In this document: positions 11,841 through 24,478 of the stretch, piece by piece | Layout: each line of letters opens with the position of its first letter | Position numbering within the stretch: position 1 is the stretch's first letter | NCBI RefSeq assembly: GCF_006345805.1 | Contig: NC_043008.1 | Coordinates: forward strand, 49,848,001-49,912,000 | Source of the DNA: Octopus sinensis | Taxonomy: Eukaryota | Reading direction: 5' to 3' | DNA: 64,000 nt | The notes under the pieces: generated by a model | The model's input: the letters and a program-made list of their open reading frames with translations, nothing else | Database searches by the model: none | What the model was told of the DNA's origin: nothing | Made by a program: the position numbers and the translations under genes

Positions 11841-12059
11841 CATACGTACACGCATGCATGCATGTGGACGTGTGGGCAGGTTTGCGTGCGGGTGTGTATA
11901 TAATGTATATGAGTGTTTTTGTATATATGTCTAAACATATACACACCTATAAGTAGAAGTATAAACTAAGGAAGAGACACTCAACACACAGTGGAAGTGA
12001 AATGTGTTTATTAACAAGCAGAATAAGCTGCGCATTACTCGAAGTTTCGTGGATGTCAA

Positions 12060-12580
12060 GTTCATCGGACGGTTAGGCTTAGAGTGGAGAAGATAAATAA
12101 ATATAACTTCGAAGTAAGAATAATTGGAGACCTCCATTGCTTAGTAATTTCACGAGTTGAAGTTGACAATAGAGCGGCAACAAAATGTTCTTATTGTTCC
12201 ACGTATGTGGTAAAAGGGACAGTCTGGCGGCGGCAGTAAGTCTACCAGTTGTGGAATTTGACAATTTAGCGACATTAAATTGGAATGAGAGCCTGCTGCC
12301 ACTGTTCTGCATAGTGAGGTAACTAGTGTTGCAGTATGAGGTTAGCTATTAGTAGTATTTTTGCGAGAACAGATGAAAACGTGGCCCTGCTGTACGCGGA
12401 TCTTTGTGTGATGTGTGGAACTTTAGTTGACTGTTGGTTGGATTTCGGAAATTACCAATTGGATCATGGAGCGGGATCTGTGTTGGTGCGTGTTTTAGAA
12501 GATCAGAATTTTTGGCAGACGTCTCGTCACTTCAACAAGTTTGTTTCGAAATTCTGTAACTCAATGCACCACCGGTCTAA
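12060..12580 (-). mobile_element. Possible highly decayed RTE-like reverse transcriptase relic
   Basis: Higher-GC unique stretch with faint motifs in order: RVQQGHVF (cf. GVKQGCVL), DLLPPPDC (cf. DLLFADDC), KLRVMRSLFCL. Weak. Confidence 0.3.
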
Positions 12581-12899
12581 ACAGACACAGTAAAAGCAAT
12601 CTGAATTCTATCCTAGTTTCACTGTAGCCCTGCTTTTTACTGATTTTTATGGTTACCATACATATATATTCTCACTCAAGAAGTCTCTACATCAGACAGA
12701 CAGGCAGACAGAGAGACAGAGACGGACGGATTTGACAGACCCAGAAAGAGTAAGTTAGATTAAAACGAAAGAAAGATAGTCAGAAAGATAGGTAGATAGG
12801 TTATTAGAACAAACAGGCAGATAGATAATTGGTTATTCAAAGTTCGGTGAAGAAGGGAGGAAACAGGGCCCACGATGTATAAAAGTTGATGGTTCCTAC

Positions 12900-13171
12900 C
12901 TCGATTGCAAAATTACTTCTCGGCGTGTCCATTTCGGAGACATTTTCCCAGCTATTCGTTTCATGATTGTATCGTTCAACAGAACTCAATCGATTGGCTC
13001 CGTTGAAACCTCCCAATGCGTATAGAAAGTGATTGTGAGCAACAATACGGACGCCACTTCGAAGACTTAACATTGGTGGAATCAGTGTCCATTGGTTTAA
13101 ACCGGATTCGTAATATTCAGCCGAATTAAGAATCTCTTGGCCATCGAATCCCCCACATATGTAAATATGAT
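12900..13171 (-). CDS. KLHL10: KLHL10-like exon 4 (Kelch)
   Basis: Acceptor ttgtttcag|AT, donor GAG|gtagga, 272 bp, phase 1->0. Translates DHIYICGGFDGQEILNSAEYY...RSGVRIVAHNHFLYALGGFNGANRLSSVERY...PRSNFAIE. Confidence 0.93.
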
Positions 13172-13470
13172 CTGAAACAAAAGCGAAAGAACAAAATTCA
13201 TTTATGTAATCCTTTCTCTCAATCCGCCCATTTGTCTCTCTGTCTGCCTGTCTGTTTGTCTATCTACCTACCTGTCTGTTCAGCCACGCATCTGTCTATG
13301 TATCGGTCTATATGTCTGTGTGTGTGTGTGTCTGTCTGTATGTTCATCTGTCCTTCCCTCCATCCATCCAATCCGTCCGTCTGCCCACCCATCCGTCTGC
13401 CCGCCCGTCCATCTGTCAATCTGTCCGTCCGTCCATCGATCGATCGATCGATCCATGCATCCACCCATTT

Positions 13471-13598
<128 letters not shown>

Positions 13599-14169
13599 GC
13601 TAGCTAGCTAGCTAGCTAGCTAGCTATCTCGATTATTATCATTATTCTCATCATCCATCAACCCTCAAAACATGCCCTTCTCCATTAATATGTTATGTGT
13701 GCCATTTTTTACATCGTGGTCCGGCTGTTATTGTTGTTTAACCCCCAGACAACTCTGAACAAAAACACTCCAAATGTTATCATTCTATCGTTTCTTTTTG
13801 CTTTCTCTCCTTCAAAATATTAACAAAGACACCACTTTGGAGGGAGATTTGCCTCCTATTTCTAGCCGGTCGAGCGACCTTGTAGAAGTTCTCTCACTAA
13901 TTTACCACCGGCGTCAATCCCGTCCCAAATAAAGTGTGCAGATATACAAGTATATAAATATGTACACACTACACACACATTCACTTCAACATTTAAATTT
14001 AATTTGCCAAAATATTTTCGTCGCTCTGAGACCGCGACAAAATTCCTTGCTGCATGTGTATGTATATATATATACATACACATGCAGCACGGAATTTCTC
14101 GAGCAGTCATAAATTTCACATGGTCTTCATTAAAAGAAGAAAAAAAGCGCCAAGGGGAGCGGCATAAAA

Positions 14170-14540
14170 ACACGACTAGTGCCATTAAGACTCAAGACGT
14201 AGAAGGAAAGGATACGACAAGCAATTGCCGAAATATACTGAACTTCCGTCTAGAAAGCAAATACCTTGATTAGAAATATTGCTTGCTATGCTGATGTCTC
14301 CGCAAGCAACACATCAGCAATCCACATAAAGCCTACAGAACTGCATTCAACAACACAACTATTCATATCATCATTGCCACTTGTAAACGAAAAAAGATTA
14401 AAAAAAACAGCTCTTTCAAAACACATTTGGTAATTGAGAGACACAGGAAGACCACCAAAATTTCGTGGTAATTGTTAGCTGAGACGCAGACATTTAAAAA
14501 CGGACCAATAAGCTGCTTTTCTGTCTCACAGATAAATTCC
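14170..14540 (+). mobile_element. Penelope-like element GIY-YIG endonuclease relic
   Basis: Fragments in shifting frames read CRNILNFRLESKYL, YADVSASNTSAIHI, TALSKHIW and ETQTFKNGPISC..CLTDK, matching the PLE linker/GIY-YIG pattern by recall. Confidence 0.65.
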
Positions 14541-14698
14541 ACAACACCCCAGTTTTAATCCCAAGTCTTAATAAAAAGAGCAAATTAATTTCGATTTGCT
14601 CACACATGTACAACCACCATTCTTGCTGCATGGCAGACGACAGCTGGCGATCTAGAGTATCTTGAGTAAGTATGGAAGAACGTCTATAAACTATTTAC

Positions 14699-14868
14699 CG
14701 TAGAGAACTGTGGCGCTTGCATCACTACGTTGGTGATGCATCGGTTGAATGAAGCTCCATTGGTTTTTGTTTTTGTTGTAGCGTTCAGCCGTGTTCTGGC
14801 GCACTTGGCCATCGTAGCCCCCCATGGCATATATAAAGGAGTGTAGCACCACCACACTGATGTAGCAT
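14699..14868 (-). CDS. KLHL10: KLHL10-like exon 3 (Kelch)
   Basis: Acceptor ctattacag|A, donor G|gtaaat, 170 bp, phase 2->1. Translates CYISVVVLHSFIYAMGGYDGQVRQNTAERYNKNKNQWSFIQPMHHQRSDASATVLY. Confidence 0.93.
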
Positions 14869-14897
14869 CTGTAATAGAAAACAGTGTGTTTTGGCTA

Positions 14898-14899
<2 letters not shown>

Positions 14900-14949
<50 letters not shown>

Positions 14950-15067
14950 AAGAGAGAAAGAATGAAAGAGGGGGAGGTAGACAGACAGAGAAGAGAGAGA
15001 GTGACACAGAGACAATGAAAAGCAGAGAGAAGGAGAAAGAAAGAGAAAGAGAGAAAGAAAGAGAGAG

Positions 15068-15104
<37 letters not shown>

Positions 15105-15525
15105 AAAGAGAAACAAAGAAAGAACGAAGGGAAGAAAGAAAGAAAGAAAGAAAAGAGAGAGAGAGCGAAACAGAAAGAGAAAATCAGAGAAAGAGAAGGA
15201 AAGAACGTAAAAGAAGAAAGAGATGACAAAGAGAGGAAGAGGAAGAGAGAGAAAAGAAAGAGAGAAAGAGAAAGAAAGAACGAAGAGGAAGAGAAAAAGG
15301 TGACAGAGAAAGAGAGAGAAAGAGTGGGAAAGACTGACAAAGAGAAAGAAAGAGGAGAGAAAGAGAGAGAGAGAAATAGAAAGAAAGAAAGAAGGAAAGA
15401 GAAAGAGTGTAAGACAAAGAGAGAAAAGAGTGTAAGACAAAGAGACAGGAAAAAAACGAAGAGAAAGAAAGAGAGAGAGAGAGAGGGAAAGAGAGAAAGA
15501 AAGAAAGAAAGAGGAAGAGAGAGAT
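14900..15525 (+). repeat. (GA)n/(GAAA)n purine tract (similar tracts at 15990-16420, 46215-46565, 52705-53245)
   Basis: Strand-biased AG-rich low-complexity sequence. Confidence 0.95.
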
Positions 15526-15997
15526 GTTTATAGTTGTTGTTTAGTTCCGGGGCATCCCTAATCCAGAAACCACCTATGATCAAAGGCAATCCAAACATGA
15601 CGTCCTCCACCCATCTCTTCTCAGATTATTCTATGTAATTCCTTGTGTTTTTCAGAAGCAACAGAGTAAGATTCGATGGCTGCTATTACTGGCAGGTTCA
15701 GTGTTCACGTTCAGAAGTGTCCCTCATTGGGCACCTACTACTACTACTACTACTACTACTACTAGTAGTAGTAGTAGTAGTAGTAAGGGTGGTGGTGGTG
15801 GTGGTGGTGGCAGTGACGGAGGTGATGGAGGTTGAACTGTTGCTGCTGCTGGAACCGGTATTTCGAACCCTAATATAGAGTCTTCAAAATATGGCAAAAG
15901 TGCACCGTGAACTACACCATCCAGTGTAACCCTCGACCTTTACTTAAATACAGTAGATTACAGCTTGAGAGAAGTTTGGCTGTCATTTCTAGCAGGT

Positions 15998-16061
<64 letters not shown>

Positions 16062-16162
16062 GGAGGAGAGGGAGAGGGAGAGAAAGACAGAGAGATAGAG
16101 ATAGAGATAGAGAGATAGATAGATAGAGAGAGAGAGGGGGGAAGAGAAATAGAGATAGAGAG

Positions 16163-16210
<48 letters not shown>

Positions 16211-16232
16211 GGGGAGATAGAGATAGAGATAG

Positions 16233-16279
<47 letters not shown>

Positions 16280-16296
16280 CAGAGAGATAGAGATAG

Positions 16297-16422
<126 letters not shown>

Positions 16423-16822
16423 AAAGAAATCGGATAAAAGTGCAAATGTTTTTAGCTTTTCTTCAGAATTCAACCTTGACACGTTACCGAAGCTTTTGAA
16501 AACAATTCTTTTGAAAGCAATTCTTTGAAAATAATTCTTTGTCAAATGCTGATAACGTCAAAGGCATTATCAAACTCAAAAGGGTGATCAAATCATAAAT
16601 TACATTCTTTCCCTGCCAAGGGCCGCCAGATACACCATTCCTCCTTCTTTAAACACGACAAGCAGACATTTGATATTTGATATTTGATATTTTATCACTG
16701 TTTCTCATGTTTTATTCTGTTATTCATATCTTTGACTACGAACTTCAAGATTTCGCGTCGTTCCATTTACACAGTTGTCATTTTGAAAAGATTAGGGAAT
16801 TGCTTGGTTGTTAGTTTTTATA

Positions 16823-17079
16823 TTGGGTTGGTGCATAATTATTGCGGCCTTTTTTTTTTTCCAACACATTTTATTCAACAAAAACAAAAACAACATGTAA
16901 CAAAAACATCTTTAAATGATTATTCCGGAGCATATTCACCATCTACTTCAATTACTGCTTCCCATTTGCTTGGCAGACGGTGAGACTGTCATTTAAAGAT
17001 TTCTTTGTTAAGTATTCTTATTGCTTTTGTTGAATAAAATTTGTTGAAAAAAAGCTGCAATAATTATGCACCAACCCAA
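16823..17079 (-). mobile_element. Mariner MITE (257 bp) with Hsmar1-like TIRs
   Basis: 26-bp TIRs TTGGGTTGGTGCATAATTATTGC(G/A)GC with 1 mismatch, TA on both sides. Internal transposase tail RLPSKWEAVIEVDGEYAPE*. Confidence 0.9.
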
Positions 17080-17265
17080 TATATGTATGTATCTGGTAAA
17101 AATATGAAATTACCTTTCAGTTTAATGTTACACGGCTCCTATATATAACTTGACATAAAAACAAACATTAATATATGTGCGCGCATATGTGTGTGTGTGT
17201 GTGTATTTGTATGTATGTATGTAATAATATAAATATATGCATATATACATACATATATGTACATA

Positions 17266-17303
<38 letters not shown>

Positions 17304-17507
17304 ATGTATATATATATATATATATATAATATATATATATATATATAATATATATATATATTATATAGTATGACTGATGACTGAGGGCTTCGAATGTCCC
17401 GTCCTGTGGTTCTTGTGTCGTCTCTTTGGTGTTTCATGTTCTTGTCCATGTCTGTATTTATTTTTTACTGTTTACATATATACATATATATATATACATA
17501 TATGCAT

Positions 17508-17824
17508 AAAAAAGTAGATAGAATGAGAAATGAGAACATAAAAAACAAAACAGAAAACGAACTTTTTTTTCGAACAACGAAAAAAATAAACAGTGGAACG
17601 AGACATGCCACATAAAGAGCATTCCCTTCATCAGTTGTCCGCTGTTTTATCTACTCCTTACTTTCGGAACGCGGAGTAGATAAAACAGGGGACAACTGAT
17701 GAAGGGAATGCTCTTTATGTGGCATGTCTCGTTCCACTGTTTATTTTTTTCGTTGTTCGAAAAAAAAGTTCGTTTTCTGTTTTTGTTTTTTATGTTCTCA
17801 TTTCTCATTCTGTCCACATTTTTT
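17508..17824. repeat. Fold-back inverted repeat, about 145-bp arms, 15-nt spacer (17658-17672)
   Basis: gaatgagaaatgagaacataaaaaac...ctactcc / ggagtag...gttctcatttctcattc, flanked by TA-rich microsatellite. Confidence 0.9.
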
Positions 17825-18984
17825 GATGTCCTGTACCCATATATGCATGTATATATACATATATATGTAGGTATGTACATATGTGTATGTATATATGCAT
17901 ATATGTATATATATATATATGCATATACGTATGTATATATGTATGTATACATGTATATATTTTTATATTATGTACATATATGTATGTATATATGCATATA
18001 TTTATATTTATGTACATATATGTATGTATATATGCATATATGTATGTATGTATATATATATATATGCATATACGTATGAATATATGTATGTATACATGCA
18101 TATATTTTTATATTATGTACATATATGTATGTATATATGCATATATTTATATATTATGTACATATATGTATGTATATATGCATATATTTATATTTATGTA
18201 CATATATGTATGTATATATGCATATATGTATGTATATAAGTATGTGCATATACGTATTTATATATGTATGTATACATGCATATATTTATATATTATGTAC
18301 ATATATGTATATATGCATCTATTTATATATTATTTATATTATTATATGATCGACGAGGGTTCCAGTTGAACCGATCGACCTGCTCGTGAAATTAACGCGC
18401 AAGTGGCTGAGTACTCCACAGACACGTGTACCCTTTAAAGTAGTTCTCAGGGAGATTCAGCATGATACAGAATGAGATAAGCCTGTCCCATTGAATTACA
18501 GGTACAACTCATTTTTGCCAGCTGAGTGCTCAGGAGCAACGTGAAATGAAGAGTCTTGCTCAAGGACACAACGCGCCGTCGGGAAGCGAACTCACGATCT
18601 TACGATTGTGAGCCTTCATTTGCGTGACTCCTTGGCCAAGTACCTTCTACTATAGCCCCGGGCTGACCATAGCGTTGTGAGTGGATTTGATAGACGGAAA
18701 CTGAAAGAAGCCCGTCGTATATACTTTTATATACATCTTTGGGTGTTTGTCATTGTGTATCTGTTTGTCCCCTAGCCAGGCACTTGGCAACCAGTGTTGG
18801 TTTGTTTATGTTCCTGTAACCTTGCAGTTCGGCAAAAGAGCCCGATAGTACAAGTACCGGGATAAAAAAAGAAAAAAAAAGAAATATGTGCCAGAATCGA
18901 TTTGTTCGACTAAAACCCATCAAGGCAGTGCCCCAACATGGCCGCAGTCTAATGACTGAAACAAGATTACATATATATATTCCT

Positions 18985-19290
18985 TTCTACTCTAGGCACA
19001 AGGCCCGAAACTTTTGGGGAGAGGGTCAATCGATTAGACTGCCCCAGTTCGCAACTGGTACTTAATTTATCGAACTTGAAAGGATGAAAGGCAAAGTCAA
19101 CCTCGGCGGAATTTGAACTCAGAACGTAAAGACAGATGAAATACCTATTTCTTTACTACCCACAAGGGGCTAAACACAGTGAGGACAAACAAGGACAGAC
19201 AAACGGATTAAGTCAATTATATCGACCCTGGTGCGTAACTGGTACTTATTTAATCGACCCCGAAAGGATAAAAGACAAAGTCGACCTCGG
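18985..19290 (-). mobile_element. SINE family B dimer (other copies near 7524-7735, 22320-22520, 29375-29580, 34470-34700, 51880-52112)
   Basis: Shared family-B modules. Confidence 0.75.
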
Positions 19291-20133
19291 CAATAATTCA
19301 ACCAGTGGCAGCTCGTAGATAAAATTAGTGGAAGTGCTTCTTCAGAAAATTTTTTAGCCGTTGTCTTAATATTATGTCAAAGGAAAGAAACAAACAATAA
19401 GAATGTTTATACATAAACTTGTTCGATTCGCGTTTTAGCCGCTGCTGGGAAGTGTGTTTAATTTGTTCACTGAACATCGTCGCGAATTCCCCACTTGCTT
19501 TTCAAAAATTCCCCCTAAATCACAAAATAAGGGGAGGGATGTCCCCTATTTTTCAAATCCTGGCAGCAACACTGAAGCTGGAAGCAGGATAATAATCTAA
19601 TTCTACACTTTATGACACTCAAGAATATAAACATGTTTGTAAGTACAACACACTCGGAATCAAAAAGAAACACTACCTTTCACCTGACACTGCGTGAACG
19701 ACAGTGCTGTCTCTCCCTAGTGTGAAGCTTCCTATCTCGGACATGGGAGCATGCGCACTACAGCCAAACACCCCGTGGTTGGAAGTGTGAAGCGAACAGT
19801 TCTATCCAAGGATTTTTGTGTTTTTTTCATAAACTCGTGGATGGCTACTGGCATTAAGCTTAAGGATTATATAATGTACAAGTATAAAGAAAGAATTAAA
19901 GAAAAAAAGGACTCATTACATTGAATGTTATCGATAATATCGAGTGGAAATAGGGGGAGCTGCAGTCCCGCAGTGAATGTACACGTGCCGTCACTGAATT
20001 CAACTGACAATAATATTTTGAATTGACTGAAAAAGAGACAGAAAACGAAATTGAAATAAATGAATTGATTATTAATAAAAGGTACGTAGACGAAATGAGT
20101 TGTGTTAATATAGAAATGCAGAACCTACATTAC

Positions 20134-20281
20134 CGTTTGGTATACATTGGAGCAGCTTCTGACCAAACTTGCTTGATGGGGTCAAAACAACGAACGCTGT
20201 TGAAATATTCTGTACCGTCAAAGCCACCGATGATGTAAATCAGTTGGTCCAAAACACAGGTACCATGATACGCTCGGAAAT
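20134..20281 (-). CDS. KLHL10: KLHL10-like exon 2 (Kelch)
   Basis: Acceptor ttattgtag|AT, donor CG|gtaatg, 148 bp, phase 1->2. Translates DFRAYHGTCVLDQLIYIIGGFDGTEYFNSVRCFDPIKQVWSEAAPMYTKR. Confidence 0.93.
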
Positions 20282-20341
20282 CTACAATAAGAGAGAGTAG
20301 GGCATCAGCTCATAGACAACTTATAGATATACATATATACA

Positions 20342-20471
<130 letters not shown>

Positions 20472-20959
20472 GCTGTGTGTGTGTGCATTAGGAAGTTAAA
20501 CTCTTAAGAATTCCTAGCAGTCCGTAGACCCTAAGCCAGGGATCCCTTGCTCAACAACTGAAACTCGAGAGGGGAGCCAAAGAAAGAAAAAATTGGTTTG
20601 ACCAGGGCTGACAAGAACATCAACAACAATATCAACATCAACGATCAAAACAACTCAACAACTGCCAACATCTGTTCTGAGTTTCAGATCTCAAAATAAA
20701 CTGGGTTTTTTCCCCTCTTTTTCAATCCTTCTTCCCCTGGTTCCAAATCCCCCGCTGCTCAATTTGGAGCCAGCAATGGAGTTTCAATGCGATCGCTCAA
20801 CCTACCTGAAATAGCAGTCAAAAATCTCCTAACCATACCTTACCTCATAAAAGAGGAAGGATAACTCAAAATAATGTACTCAGTTGTTCTCAACCAGGGT
20901 CGACATGACCCTTAAGGGTCCATACAAGATTTAGTTGTTGAAAATTATGTGCAACACTA

Positions 20960-21050
20960 TGTGAAAATGATGTGTCATCATCATCGTCGTTGTCGAATCA
21001 TCATCGTCATCATCATCATCGTCGTCGTCGTCGTCGTCGTCATCATCATC

Positions 21051-21082
<32 letters not shown>

Positions 21083-21139
21083 CGAATCATCATCATCATC
21101 ATCGTCGTCGAATTATCATCGTCATCATCATCATCATCG

Positions 21140-21192
<53 letters not shown>

Positions 21193-21570
21193 GTCATCGT
21201 CGTCGTCGTCGTCGTCGTCATCGAATCATCATCATCATCATCATCACCGAATCATCATCGTCATCATCATCATCATCGAATCATCATCATCATCATCATC
21301 ATCGTCATCATCATCATCATCGAATCATCATCGTCATCATCATCATCATCGAATCATCATCATCATCATCATCATCGTCATCATCATCATCATCGAATCA
21401 TCATCATCATCATCATCATCGTCATCATCATCATCATCGAATCATCATCGTCATCATCATCATCATCGAATCATCATCATCATCATCATCATCGTCATCA
21501 TCATCATCATCGAATCATCATCGTCATCATCATCATCATCGAATCATCATCGTCATCATCATCATCATCG

Positions 21571-21602
<32 letters not shown>

Positions 21603-21719
21603 CCGAATCATCATCGTCATCATCATCATCATCGAATCATCATCATCATCATCATCATCGTCATCATCATCATCATCGTCATCATCATCGTCATCATCAT
21701 CATCATCGAATCATCATCG

Positions 21720-21757
<38 letters not shown>

Positions 21758-21780
21758 GTCGTCGTCGTCGAATGATCGTG
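20960..21780 (+). repeat. About 820-bp (CAT)n compound microsatellite with higher-order periodicity
   Basis: CAT units punctuated by cgaat and cgt. 21304.. and 21421.. align at a 117-bp offset. Confidence 0.9.
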
Positions 21781-21850
21781 GTTGTCGTCGTCGCTGCCAC
21801 CAACGACTACCACCGTGCTTTTCTTTGTGTGTGTGTGTGTGTGTGTGTGC

Positions 21851-21895
<45 letters not shown>

Positions 21896-22949
21896 CGTAG
21901 GACAGCATAGTACAGCATCAAGCCCGTCCGCATCTTCTTCTCACAGTGTCTGCAATGAAACCCGACTGGATTATCATCATTGCGGATTAAAGTGCTTCAG
22001 AATGTAATCATATTTCGGCTAAGATCTTAATCCCTACTTGAGTTCGTAATCACCGCTTCACTTTTTTAAAGACTTTAGTCAAAAGAGGAAGAGGGAAAGA
22101 CAGGGTCTCTCCCGTCCCTGTGGCCCCTTTTCAAGGGAGAAAGATATTGTGCTATAGGTGCTTGCAATAAAGCGGATTCTGCTTGAGAAAACCCAAAGAT
22201 CAGGGGGTGGCATTAAAAAGGGTAATGGGTTCAACCACCTTAAAAACAGGAAGGGTGCTCCCCCAGGCTTCCACACAGTTTCCATCTATTAAATTTCGCT
22301 GATAAGACACTGGTAGACTCGAGGCGAAATGCTTAGTGGTATTTCCTCTGCCGTTACGTTCTGAGTTCAAATTCCGCCGAGGTCAACTTAGCCTTTCCTC
22401 CTTTCGGGGTCGATTAAATAAGTACCAGTTATGCACTGGGGTCGATGTAATCGACTTAATCCATTTGTTTGTCCTTGTTTGTCTCCTGTATGTTTAGCCC
22501 CTTGTGGGCAATAAAGAAATTAGAAGACCTAGTTGTCGCGTTAGTAGCATAGTTGGGGGCCGGCGAGGGGGCGGTCCGCCCTTGGTAACGCTTTATTAAG
22601 GCAGCACTTTTAAATCTGCTGAATAATCCTGTAAAGGGACGTAGTTTAATAATCCTTTATACTATAGGCACAAGGCTAGAGAAGCCGGTCGATTACATCG
22701 ATCCCGGTGCTCAAATGGAACTTATTTCATCGACCCCGAAAGGATGAATGGTAAAATCGACCTCAGTGGAACTTGAATGTAAATTTGGACGAAATGGCAC
22801 TTCACGTATTGTCTGGCATGCTAACCATTCTGCTAGTTTGCCGCTCTAAGATGTTGAAGTTAACAATACGCAGTTGTTAAGCAAACTGCCTACAGACAAC
22901 CAAAACTGCGCGCACTTATAGTCACACAGATATACTTGCAACAGTAAAG

Positions 22950-23239
22950 AGACAGGTTGAAAATGGTAAGTAGCAGTTGATTGATACGAAAGCGACATCA
23001 TTCTGGTTTTTATTTTCTTGTCCATTGTAAGGACGAAATAAGAGCAAAGCTAGGTTAGGTTGAGCATCGACTCTGAATTGGTGTATGTGTTTTACACGAC
23101 TGTCTGGGTCAAGATCCACCCATCTATCGATGGTATATTAAAGATTATCATCTCTACACTTCTAACATTGAGTTTAGCTGATATTATTTACACTCAAGAA
23201 CTCATTTAAAACTTTGTAGACTTCCCTGAAATTCACCAT
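22950..23239 (-). pseudogene. Decayed partial duplicate of KLHL10-like exon 1 (BACK-domain segment) in intron 1
   Basis: 23100-23239 aligns by eye to about 23826-23980 (gtagacttc.ctgaaattcaccat, cacttctaacattgagtt, acccatcta.cgatgg). Translates MVNFREVYKVLNEFL../KLNVRS../RWVDLDPDSRVKHI with deletions, frameshifts and a stop. Confidence 0.8.
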
Positions 23240-23493
23240 GGAGGTTTTGTTGTTTTTTTTTTTTTTAGACAGAGATCTCCTGATTCTCTCATATCAATGA
23301 AACAGCCTTGCATCTTATTTCTAACTTTAAACAACACGCAATTAAAACCCTCGAAATTGCTACAAATCGTCGGCCTTAGCAATCTCTCTTACTAGTAAAT
23401 GAAGGTAAAATTAATATCAAATGAAGAATAATGAGCAATGGAGAGTTGCGGTAAAAAAAAAAAACCCTCTTTGATTTTGAATTCAGTACCTAC

Positions 23494-24478
23494 CAGATTT
23501 AATATTGGTATTTTTCACCCACAGATCGGCCCGTGAGTCATAAGTCTCAATTATGTTAGTTGTACTATTTCCACTCCAGCCGCCGAATATAAAGAGAATA
23601 TCATGAGGAAGCCTTGGACGTGTTATATGATTATTCTTGTTTATTTTTAGTTCTTTCTCTACGTCGAGGTTGCAGAGAAATTTCAGAGTTTCGATAACGA
23701 CCGGTTTGCAACTTGTATTGTCTTTTATATATTCGTGACTTTTCACCTTCTCGACGAAGTATTCGGTAGACAGAAGGCCTAATCGCATCGTCTGCAATAA
23801 CTGGCCTATGTGTGCTACACGACTGCCTGGGTCATGGTCTACCCATCTAACGATGGCATTAAAGGTTATCTCTTCACTTCTAACATTGAGTTCGTCTGAA
23901 GCGAATATTTCGCAGACATTATCCACATTCAACTGCAAGAACTCATTGGAAATTTTGTAGACTTCACTGAAATTCACCATCAGATATCTATGGGCGACCT
24001 GTTGAAGTTCTTGACAGAAATATGTCTGAGCGAATTTCTCAATTCCAATACAGTTGTGTGAGTTTAATTGCGATATGAGATATTCAGAACATATTCTTAG
24101 TAAACCTATGATATTGAAGTAATCAGCCGCAACGAGGAGAGATTTGACATTGTTATGGTTAATACAGCAATCCTGAGTATAAGCATACTGAATAATGGAT
24201 CGCATTATGTCGACTGTGATGTCAGTTATGGTGACTTCTTGACGGTTTATCTCGAATTTTTCATTTGTGAACAACACTCGGAAATAGGGACTACAAGCAG
24301 ATAAGATGGCGCGATGTATCATGAAAGACTCTTCGTCTACCTTGATCACTGCATCACATAGTTGACCCGTGTTACGTAATTCCATTAGTACGTTGCAGGC
24401 TTCTGCACCAATTTTATTCTGCAAGGAAACTTTTGTAGTCTCATTCGAAAATTTAAGATCCGTTGAGTTTGAATACAT
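23494..24478 (-). CDS. KLHL10: Kelch-like protein 10-like, coding exon 1 (BTB/POZ, BACK, start of Kelch 1)
   Basis: ORF 23483..24478 has BTB (LCDAVIKV..FMIHRAILSACSPYFRVLF), BACK (NCIGIEKFAQTYFC..ELNVRSEEITFNAIVRWV) and RPRLPHDILFIFGGWSG, as recalled for the KLHL10 family. Donor TCTG|GTAGGT at 23494/23493, phase 1. Confidence 0.93.

Noticed and set aside
10919-11946. Long ORFs (258-313 aa) of YIHT/MYVC repeats
   Set aside because: Translations of the (CATA)n microsatellite in stop-free frames. The same applies to ORFs at 17699-18369, 36306-36822, 43331-43877 and 50048-50504.
20949-22007. 352-aa His/Ser/Ile-rich ORF resembling a His-rich protein
   Set aside because: A product of the (CAT)n array, antisense within a KLHL10 intron, with no splice or composition support.
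23483-23493. ORF-track C-terminal ends such as ..GRY*, ..FVNGY* (31673) and ..IPQ* (34732) as true stops
   Set aside because: They are read-through into introns past canonical donors; the spliced frames continue into the next exons.
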